Shown piece after piece: positions 54,005-64,000 of a stretch of DNA of 64,000 nt. Position numbers and translations under genes: made by a program. The notes under the pieces are model-generated. The model did no database searches. It was not told the origin of the DNA and was given only the letters and a program-made list of their open reading frames with translations. This DNA is from Flectonema sp. DT1601. Lineage: Eukaryota. The stretch spans positions 248,001 to 312,000 of the forward strand of contig OZ025783.1 in the NCBI GenBank assembly GCA_964019425.1, given 5' to 3'. Positions within the stretch are counted from its first letter, which is position 1. Each line of letters starts with the position of its first letter.

Positions 54005-56934
54005 TTTGTATATGTGACTTTTTTTTTTTTTTTTGACCTTTTGAGAAAATAATTAAAAAACAGATTCATTAGTTGCAATCATACTTTTACACCTCTTGTT
54101 GGAAAGAGAAAGAAAAAAAAACGTAAATAACGTTTTTTTTTTTTTTTTTTCGTTTTTCCCACAATCAGTGTCCGTACACAGAAACTCTCTTCAATAAGGG
54201 AGTGCACACTCAATCACTTACTTACTCATAACGTATTGAAAAGTAACTTTGAACCGATAGAAACGACGCAAAAAAAAAAAAAAGGAAGACTGCTTTTTTC
54301 AACCCCACCCCGTGAAATTCTCATTCATCGAAGCTACTTAATAATAGGTAGTACACATAATACAGCAGCGGTAACATAGAAACCATTGCTGTGTGTTCAA
54401 TTTTATCAAATTTGAACCGAAAAAGAGGATGTGTGTTTTCAAAAGATCTTCCTCATACAAATAGTTGTTTGGAAAGTTTTTATTAAAAAAAAAAAAAAAG
54501 GGGAAAATCGCATAAAACACCCAAAATATGAATAGTGTTGTTGATTGCCACAAGTGTGTTTTGATAAAGAAATCTCCTTCACCAAACGTCATCAGAACTA
54601 GGTGTGTGTTTTTTAGAACAAGAAAACACTTAAGGTACACACGCACTCAGAAAAAGACAAAGCAAATATCGTGAAAAAACAAAATTGTGCTTTAAGCGAA
54701 TTTTTTTTTTTTTCACAAAGAACATCGAATTCGTATTTTTTATTTTATTTTTTCAAAGTTTTTTTAAGCAACGATCTGCTCCCAAAAACAGTTTTCCGTT
54801 TATTGCCATCTCCCGACACTTACTTCCTTGCAGGGGGAAAAAAAAAAAGAAGAAGAAGAAGAAATCTCTTCTCTATATGTTCATCCCAACGTGAGCAATA
54901 TGAATCAAAAAAAAAACATAAATCACTTGCAGCATGGGGAGGGTAGCTGCCACCTGCATGAACTATGGATTTGGTCCACCGTTTGCTGTTTGAAATTGCG
55001 GCCGAAACCGTCTCTAGAATGAGGAGCCGGCTACAAAACATACTTTTATTAACAACACTGATAAATAATAAATAATATTCATCAAAATGATGGAGGGAGA
55101 GCCCACTACTTATCACTACTAGTGACCGAAGTTGCACAGAGAGATCTGTCTCACGGAAAACAAGCGTCGAAGAGAGAAATTGTGAGTTTTGCATAAAATA
55201 GAAAAGTTGAACAAAAAAAAAAAAGTACCATCGTTAACGTTAATTCTGAATTTTCAGGATTCTACTCTCGTGTTTGATGTCTGGTGCGCAAAGGTGGTCC
55301 TCTTAAGACAGACTGCCCACTATTGAGAGCAAGTCAAAATGTAATTTTACTTCTATTTTCTTGTTTGTGTCTTGAATTGGAAAAAAAAAAAAAAAAAAAA
55401 AGGTTTGTATCAAAGTTGACTAATCGCAGACCACAAGTAATTCATGAATAGTTTACTTAAAAAGTAATGTCAGCATAGACAAACACTCTCTGCGAATATC
55501 AAAATACTCTACATTATAATTATCTGCATACACACCTTACGGAATCGAGTTATTCAATTACATAAATACCCATTAAGCCCTTGGGACATATAACAGAGTG
55601 CAAGTTTCACCAACTAATTACTTGTATTAATAGATAAGTTATTTTCCTAATTTTGTTGATAAGTTCAGATAACAAGGAAGATGACTTGAAGGGGGTAACT
55701 TGATACTATGATTAGATACAACGAATATAGGGTTCGGCAATGATAAGACCCAACAGTTGGTATCAACGCGTGAATATGGTCGTTAACACGAAAAACACTT
55801 TATAAATATAACTGTACTCAGTCTTTTTAAATTGTTCTAAAAAACAGGATGATGAAAACTGCCAACAAACAATAATTGACAACTATAAAAGATAGAAGAG
55901 GGAGATACACTAGAAAAGGTTGTCTCACTGAAAAGTAATTGCCCTTTGTTTTGCTTAATACAAAAAGGAAGATAATTACTAAGCGGAAACAGACAATCAA
56001 TGTTTTTTTTTTTTTTTTTTTTTTTGAAATTTTGCTACACATTCGCTCGCCACCCAATGAAAAAAAGAGAGTTGAGAGTGAGTACAGTGTTAACTTCATA
56101 ACAACCAGTACTCTCATAAAAAAAACAGTACGTCTTTAACAAACCTAAACATAGACAATCATAGGAGCAGAAAATTCGGAATTAAATTTCCTCCTTGTAA
56201 CTGGCTCCACAGGAATTTTTTTTTTAAAAAAGAAAAAAAAATAAAAACATTATTACAAACGTCGCAGAGCCAAAAATCAGCCCATGAGATCTTTTAAATA
56301 AACGAAGTTGGTAGGCTCATTGCTCTACGTTCCCCATCCTGTCAATTATATCATGGTCTGACTTAACAACAGAAGTTAGTTTAGTACATATCAGTCAAAA
56401 ACACTTTCAAGTAACCATAAAACACAATCTTCTCACCGCCAGGATTTTTGCACCCTCTGAATCAGAGGGTGCGGACATAAACCCCACTCAAAGTATCTCC
56501 GAAGAGTCGGAAACCACATCCTTCAAACTCGGATGACAAGTATGCATCGCACAATTGTCCTCTCTCGATATTTAGACAGAAATGGGTCGAGTGACGCGGG
56601 GTATTAAAATGCCGCTTGAATCGAAATTTCTTCGAAAATTGGTCGCCAAAAAAAAAAAAAAAAAAAAAGGGAATTTTCGACTGATATAATTCTTAACCCA
56701 TATTGTTAATGGGTGCTCCAACCCGCAAGTAATAAAACAAACAACAGCAATGAAATACATAATACCGAAAGGGTTATGAGACTTTAATACTTTCCTACGA
56801 CTAGAGATTTTACCTCGAACAGCCCATCAGGGGAACTGGGTTACTTTATCAAGAAGTCATAGTAAGCAATGCATACACTACTTTATAATGTGTTAGTTAT
56901 CTGAGAGAAAACCTTTCAGAAAGGGGTTTTATAT

Positions 56935-58545
56935 TTAGGGTACAGCAGCCTGAGATGATACGCTCATTCTAATCCTGCCTTGAAGGGTACATGCCCGTCT
57001 CTGATATTTACAGAGATCGATAGTAAATGGTGATTCGTTGGTTCGACGACTTGATAAAGTCATCAATCCTTGAGCAAGAGGGCCATCACTTTTACTTCTT
57101 AATAAAATATGAATTGTCTGGGTAGCAATAAATGCTGGAGTTCCAAACTTTGAATCGATTACAAGAGGTTTTGACAACTGAGTAGCGGATACAACAATTT
57201 CAGGAAAAAACGATGAACGCAACACCAACTCAGCCTCAGCAGGACTAATCGGTAAATGCGTCAACTCCATAGTAATATGAAGCTTCGGAATCAGATCCGT
57301 ACTAACAACACATCTGTGCAAACACGGTTCCGTAACCTGAATTGTATACGCACCTCTACAATGACTACCAAAAACCTCATATTTTTCATACTTTATAGCC
57401 TGCAAACCCTTTTTATTTGAACTCACAAGAATCCTATAAGGCCAACCCAGAGAAGACATTGGATCTGAGATAACTTCATAGACAGGTTTTGAAGTGTGAC
57501 TACCAAGTTCTCTAAATGACATAGCGTCTAACTTCAGTATAGGGAATAGCGGATCGTTTGGGACCTCGTCACTCCAATTGTCAGTACTGAGGAGCTGTAA
57601 AGTGTTTACCGATGGTTTTATTGTTGTAAACGGTGATTGTCCAATAGCAAAGGCATAGTTACATAAAAAATCATCATCAAAATCACTACCTAATAAGTTT
57701 GAAGTATTGCACAGTACACTCGGAAGCATAGTCAAATCATTAATCGCGTGAACGCAAATTGATGTGTCGAAATACTTAAACGCTGCTCTCACACTCTGTG
57801 AACCAGTTACCACATCAGTGATGACATTACTTTTTACTCTTATGGCTTTTTGAATGGAATTGCTGTGGACTAAAATGACTAAACGGGTTCCTGCATCAGC
57901 AGAACAGTCAATAATTGCATCATAAGAGGGAAGCATTGAATCAATATCAATTTCTTTTTTTAAAATTAAAAGAATAATGATTTGAGTATCTTCAATGTTA
58001 GTAAATTCTTCATTAAATGTATCGCCGCAAACAAATGAAACAACTCGAACTTCATGAGATCGAGTGTTTCCTTGATTGCGTAGTATTGGTTTATGATGTA
58101 GATCACCAGGGGCTGATCCTATCCCGTGACGAATAGCTGTCGTAACACTTAGAAATTGTGCTAATTCAGTTTGAGTTCTAAACGATAAAGAAACTGGTGG
58201 GATTTCTTCTCTTTGAAAGTCATTTATAGGACCCCACAATCCTATTGTGGTCGATCCGATTGAAAAATCACTCGCGAAGATTGATTTTTCATATTCCGCA
58301 TCTAAAGTGAAGGTTTGATCTTCGATATGGACGGTCCCAAACATCGAATCGACCGCAACAACAATATCCTTACCAACTCCGTCTTGAGCTTTAAAAAATA
58401 ATTTTCCCGGATTTGTATTTGTCGGTATCCACAACGGAGTTATTTTCATACCACTGAACACCTCGCTGTCGTCATCAGTAGAGTTGTTGTTTATTTGTCT
58501 TTCTCCTGATTTCTCGGTGTCAGACACACTTGAACCACATCCCAT
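56935..58545 (-). CDS. N-acylated (MGCGSS) protein with a degenerate inositol-polyphosphate 5-phosphatase-like domain and possible C2-like tail
   Basis: MGCxxS dual acylation motif. Segments AAFKYFDTSICV, YAFAIGQSPF, FRE...KPVY and LGWPYRILV match the order of 5-phosphatase motifs, but the catalytic residues are altered. Confidence 0.6.
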   Translation of the reverse strand: MGCGSSVSDTEKSGERQINNNSTDDDSEVFSGMKITPLWIPTNTNPGKLFFKAQDGVGKDIVVAVDSMFGTVHIEDQTFTLDAEYEKSIFASDFSIGSTTIGLWGPINDFQREEIPPVSLSFRTQTELAQFLSVTTAIRHGIGSAPGDLHHKPILRNQGNTRSHEVRVVSFVCGDTFNEEFTNIEDTQIIILLILKKEIDIDSMLPSYDAIIDCSADAGTRLVILVHSNSIQKAIRVKSNVITDVVTGSQSVRAAFKYFDTSICVHAINDLTMLPSVLCNTSNLLGSDFDDDFLCNYAFAIGQSPFTTIKPSVNTLQLLSTDNWSDEVPNDPLFPILKLDAMSFRELGSHTSKPVYEVISDPMSSLGWPYRILVSSNKKGLQAIKYEKYEVFGSHCRGAYTIQVTEPCLHRCVVSTDLIPKLHITMELTHLPISPAEAELVLRSSFFPEIVVSATQLSKPLVIDSKFGTPAFIATQTIHILLRSKSDGPLAQGLMTLSSRRTNESPFTIDLCKYQRRACTLQGRIRMSVSSQAAVP

Positions 58546-60519
58546 ACTTCACCGATATTACTGTAGAGAGTGAAGATATAATCAGTCATATAAATTACAA
58601 ATATTAAGGAAAAAAAAATTTCTTTTTTTTTTTTTTCTTTTTTTTTTTTTTTTTGATGGTACGGTGGGAGGTGGAGTGATATTTCTCAAGCAGCCAAGCG
58701 CTGCTACGACCTTCCATCTTAGGTAGCTGGCCATATTTGGAACGTCGAGAGAGGTGTTGTTGTGTGTTATTCTTTATTTCTTTTTTTTATTCTACGTGAA
58801 GGGAATAAAAATGTACCAGCAGGCAGAGGAAGGGCAGAACTGGAACAACAAAGTGCAGAAAAGGGAGCGTGACAGATACGAGAAAAGAATGAAAGAAATC
58901 AGGCACCAGGGGAAAAGTTTCTTTTTTTTTAAAAAGATCTGATTTGAGCGAAAAGGAGGCAAAAAAAAAAAAGCAATACGTAACAAAAAAAGCGCATAAA
59001 GAAGCATCGCAATAAAACTGCTACAGATTAAGCTAACGGTGTGACAATACAAAAAAAAAAAAAAAAAAAAAATACACACTAACAAACCTTTAATATTCTT
59101 CCTACTATGCGTGCTACCAATGGCAACACCAATAGGAGAAATAAAAAAATCAACACGATATTTTGTATGTCGCTTGTCCAATACTGTTGTCAGTTCCCAT
59201 CACAACTATGTAAGAACCCATTTAAGGAGGGTGAGGGGAAAAAAAAAATAAAAAGAAAAAAATCGAACGAAAAAAATTTCTCTTCTTCGAGGTGATCTGC
59301 TTCCGCAAGAGAAAATGAACACCACAAAAAAAACAGAAATTTTTTGATACTGAGTTACCAACCTAAACTAAACAATACTTCCCCCTTTTTTTTTTTCTTC
59401 TATTATTCAACTAACATGACTTAACGATTTAAGAGATAAACCGGCCCCTGTAGATGATGGCTTCCCTTAATCACTGCATACGAAATCGAGAAATAGCACT
59501 CTCGCACTCTCTTATTGCATACTGAGCATGCCATCACTTCTACTTTTACTTTTAGTTAGTTTGTTGAGTGAATCAGGAATTTTTTTTTTTTTTTTTTTTT
59601 TTTTGTTGTTGTGCCTGCACACAAAACTGCGAGAGCTGAGAAAAAGATTTTATTAAAATATTCTTTTTTTTTTCCCTCAAAAGGCATTTAAGTAAAAAAA
59701 GAGGGGACGAAAAGAATAATAAAAATAATATAAAAAAACATCAACACACCAAACAATGAAGGAAGGATGCCGAATACCTAGTAATAATTGTTTGTCGGAA
59801 AATAAGAGGGTGGGGGGAAAAAAAAAAAGAATATTTTACTTTTAATTTTTTTTTTTTAATTTTCTTGAAATATATTACTCATTTTACTTCATCGCGTGTG
59901 CTTAACTACCTACAAAAATCCTACTTTTTTTTTTTTTTTTTTTGTTTTCTTTATTTACTAAAAATAATTACTACAGAGAGGAGAGAGAGGCTAAGTGAGG
60001 CCTAGGGTGTGAAACTTAACCAAAAAAAAAAAGATTCACATTCCCAAGATAAGAACATCAAAAAAAAAAACAAAGACAGGCCTTTCATGCGGATGAGGCG
60101 ACAAAAACAAGTTCCATGCATTTGCACAGAATTTGTCTTAATCTTAGAACATAAAGTAATTGATAACACCATCACAGAAAAGGGTGGTATGATGCAACAA
60201 GACGGAATGGCAACAAAAGATAGAGCTGACCAAGACTTGATTTTTTAGCGCGTTACAAAAAGGCTCTCTGCAGTTGTTTTCAAAAGAAATGTCAAACAAT
60301 TGGAAAATATCAAACAAAAAAAAAAAAAAAAAATTGCTTTCTACAGGAAATATGGTTTAGTCAATTAGCCAGAACTGGAGGGTCTGGGTAACCCGCACCA
60401 GTAGAGGACCCAATCACGGAGATTGTGTTTTTATAGCTTGGCTGGTAAGATTAATTCCCAGCTGTCCACCTTTTCCAGAGAATAACAGGGGAGACGAGAT
60501 GAGAGTAAAAAATAAAAAT

Positions 60520-60710
60520 ATATAAAAACCTTTTTTTATGAAATAATCACACGTTTCAAGTTCCACCCATATCACGAAAGAAAATAAAAAACCCGGAACA
60601 TGACCTAACTGTATCGAAGGTTCCAACTTGGGAAACACGAATAACCATTCCAATCTGTAAGGATCAAAAGGAAGCTTAAATGAGACAGTCAGTTTTAGTT
60701 CTTAACCGCT
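60520..60710. repeat. Degenerate dispersed repeat related to 14346-14595
   Basis: Shared ordered blocks AAAACC..TTTATGAAATAATCACACG, GAATAAC.ATTCCAAT.TGT, GGATCAAA.GGAA and AGTCAGTTTTAG at both loci, same orientation. Confidence 0.75.
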
Positions 60711-61262
60711 ACAAAGTCTTACGACGATAAACACGAGTGAGGCATCTAATATATATAAACTCACGGTAATAAGAAAGGCCCACAAAGATCAAAACAAAAG
60801 GGTCTCTTCAGTGGCACAAGATAACTAAATCGATAACGTTAGAACGCCTGTAAATTTATTAGTCTGGTGGACGTTCCATGGACGGTCAGCCCGTTATGGT
60901 TTTCTGATAAGCACTGCAAAGAGGGATGAAACTTAGACAATGTAAAGCGCTCAAAGAGGGGAAAGAATATAATTTTTTTTTAATTTTTGGGTGAAAAAGC
61001 TGGGCTAGATTTTATGAGAAAAAAACAAAGGGAATAAAGGGCAAAGAGGAAAAAAAAGAAAAAAGAAAGGGTCACTGAACTTTGCCTGCACACATTTTCA
61101 TCTCTGCGCGTGATTAAAAACGACAAATGAAAAAGAGAGTGAAGAAAAAACGAAATGAGTAGGGAAAACAGAACACGCAATTGACAACAAGTCAAGTGAA
61201 GTTTTTTTTTTTTTTTTACTTTCAGATTGTACCCTTGGTTCTGTTACAACTATTTACTTTAC

Positions 61263-61297
<35 letters not shown>

Positions 61298-63866
61298 TCT
61301 TTTCTTTTTTCTTTTTTTTTTCCCAACTCACAACAATCTCTTACAAGATTTGTTGTGATGAAAAATTCCACCTATTTCTTGATACCAATTAGTACATCAG
61401 GTTGGTGCTACACAGCTACCAACAGCCAGGTGTAGTAAAAGCAATAATACTTTTGCTACAGTAGATAGCTTACAAATGCAGCAAAGCAAAGCAACTATGA
61501 AAACATTTCAGTTTTTTTTTTTTTTTTAAATATTGGTACGTGGTATTAATACTAGGATTTTTTTTTTTTTTTAGTTTTTCTTTTTTTTGATTTTTTTTTT
61601 TTTTTGAGAAAATCAAAAAAAAAAAAAAAAAAAAAAAAACATTCCCCTGTGTGGAAAACTTTTTTTGATGTTACTTCGTTGTTACCATATTGTACTTCGT
61701 TAGAGAGTGTTGTCCCGTAAGTCACATAACATGGAAATCATCCTTTATTGCTCAATCAACGAGAAAAAGGGATTTAAATATAACGTGATAGTTACTGGGC
61801 AATAACTTCTCAAAGACTTATATTTATTCTTTTTTTCTTTTTCTTTTTTTTTTTGAACAACAAAGACCGCGATGAGAATCATCACCCTCATCCATCCTCG
61901 TTATAATAAAAGGAAAAAAGCTTGCAGATTGCAGATGAATTTAGAAAAATAGAGATTTGGAGTTTTTTTTATTTTTTATTTTTTGTTCTTCTTTTTTTTC
62001 TAAATTATAGACTTAAGGGGGGGGAAATCAACGCAATAAGAGGGACTTCTTTTTTTTTTTTTTTTTTTTTCATTCTTTCAGCTTGCCTAATAATTTGTGT
62101 ACCTTCATTTCTACGTAAATACTCAAAATATTCCATTTTTTTCTCTTTTTTTTTTTTTTTCTTCTTTTTTTTTTTGTTGTCGTCGCAATATCGTACCACT
62201 TCAAGCAAATCGCATTCTAACCCGGATTACCAAAGTTTCTAGTAACCTTAAGCATTCAGAACAATGAATCATCAACACACACAGTGAGCTAGTTAGTTAT
62301 GGCGCACACAGTTGTGTTGAATTTTTGATTTGAAGGAGGAGGGGGTGGGGTTTCTGCTATTTCTTCTTTAAAACGATTGTAATTTTCAACACGATTTGAT
62401 ACATCGTGGAGACCAATTCAACATTAAAAAAAAAGACTACGCAGAAAGAATCCTCTAATGTTTTTCCTATATAAAAAGGAGTCGTTATTAGTTGCGAGAC
62501 TTCAACATCGAGGACGACCCATCGCCGCACCGATGACGACGTGAAAAGGAGAGAACAGCATCAAAGAGGGAGGGAATTTCAATAGAATGTCAGATTTTCT
62601 ATCGCGTTTTTTTTTTTTTTTTTTTTTTCCCCACTGAAGCCAAGACCCCTTATCTTTTTTTTTTTTTTGTAAATACACAACGACGAGGGGATGAATAAAA
62701 AAAACAAATCAATTGCATCGGAGCCAACACCTTCGAGAGCCACAAATCCAGCTGCAATAAATCACTGCAATGCATCATAAATAACACAAAGACACAGTTA
62801 CTATGATGAATATAAGACCGACCCACCTCTGACGATCATGCCTAGAGATTGGTTATATTTTTATTACCAGATGCAATGTAATTTATGTAAACAATTAGTA
62901 AATAATGATACAGTAGACTAAAAGGTGATGCAACTACTTTTTTTCCGTGTTGTTCAAGTGCGAGAACGGAATCGAGTTATTCAATTTCTTAAATAATAGT
63001 GAGCCTTGGACTGAAGCCAAGGGGGGTGAATCACAATAATTAATACAACACAAAAACAATTAAAAAAAATAAACACGTTTTCTTTTTTTTTTTTTTTTTT
63101 CTCTTGCTTAAGCAGCCAGAAAAGTGGGAATATAGCAAAGAGAAAGAGAGAAAGAGAGACAGAGAGAGAGACAGAGAGAATAAGGATGTTTCCTGAAATG
63201 GAACAAAAAAAAAAAAAAAAAAAAAAAAGAAATATCAGTTTTGTCAAAATTAGTAAAACTTCATAAACTAACGAGCAGAACCGATAAATTGAACATAGCG
63301 GACTGGAATGTGTCCCTGGTGAGGGAAAGAGAGAAAAAAAAAGAAGGGAAAAAAAACAGTAATAAACACCTCATGCGTATTAAAGACAAACACACACCCT
63401 TGACGTAGAACGCCTACGAACTAATCGAAGAGCGTCTACTGGAGGGATAAAGCTATAAGTTTAATCTGAGAGTTTGCCAGAATCTTAAAACAATTGGGGT
63501 TAACCGTTTGAGCATATTTATAATGATATAAATATATAGTTCGCATCAAATGTGAGCAAGGGAAAAAGCTTGAAGACATATATAGAAGAAGGAGAAATGC
63601 CTCATAGACACGTACTGCCACTAAACTACTATATTTGTTCCGATTATTATTATTATTATTATTATTTTATTTTCTTCTTAAGAGTGTGGATGAGCTGCCG
63701 TTGGCAGACTTGCAAAACTGCTATCAGAAAGTGGGGTTTAAAAAAAAAGAAAAAAAAAGGGATGAATCAAGAAAGGCTTTTGAGAGAAAAAGCCTTCTAG
63801 GCACCCGCAGTCTGAATAATTACACGTGAATAATTACAAAAAAAAGAACGGAAAATTTTTTTTTAT

Positions 63867-63905
<39 letters not shown>

Positions 63906-64000
63906 TGACGAAATCGGAGCAGAAACTATTCAGATTAAGCCGCTTTGTATTATTATGCACCGTATGCGATCAAACAAAGTATAAGGCTGTTATCTGAATG

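Noticed and set aside
62802..62833. ATGATGA...CTGA resembling a C/D-box snoRNA
   Set aside because: Too short, on the non-coding strand, and without a terminal stem or recognisable guide.

Overview
AT-rich eukaryotic nuclear DNA. All ~20 credible host genes lie head-to-tail on the minus strand. They are mostly intronless, with pyrimidine-tract/AG sites just upstream of the ATGs. This resembles the polycistronic, trans-spliced gene clusters of Euglenozoa (diplonemid/kinetoplastid-like; the taxon is an inference). The left end holds a P2B Ca2+-ATPase (PMCA) cluster: two full-type paralogues sharing a gene-conversion tract, a truncated pump-derived ORF and a 3xPDZ protein. One PMCA intron carries a decayed Sola-type DNA transposon. 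Next come a 12-module Cys-rich multi-TM surface protein, 3-hydroxybutyryl-CoA dehydrogenase, GINS Psf3, DDX11/Chl1, a Pho80/CYC2-type cyclin, CacyBP, DNA ligase IV, a three-exon GT31 glycosyltransferase with two Cys-rich modules, UTP6, a RING protein and DBP7. A duplicated, compositionally distinct cassette (Old Yellow Enzyme + BspA-like LRR gene, reciprocally pseudogenised, with a MITE) follows, then a GH43 hydrolase and an acylated pseudo-inositol-5-phosphatase. Four GT-AG introns missed by the ORF track can be reconstructed; they have A-rich rather than pyrimidine-rich 3' ends. Long intergenic regions contain degenerate, same-orientation dispersed repeats and a few GC-rich palindromes. No database searches were run; family assignments come from motifs recognised by eye.
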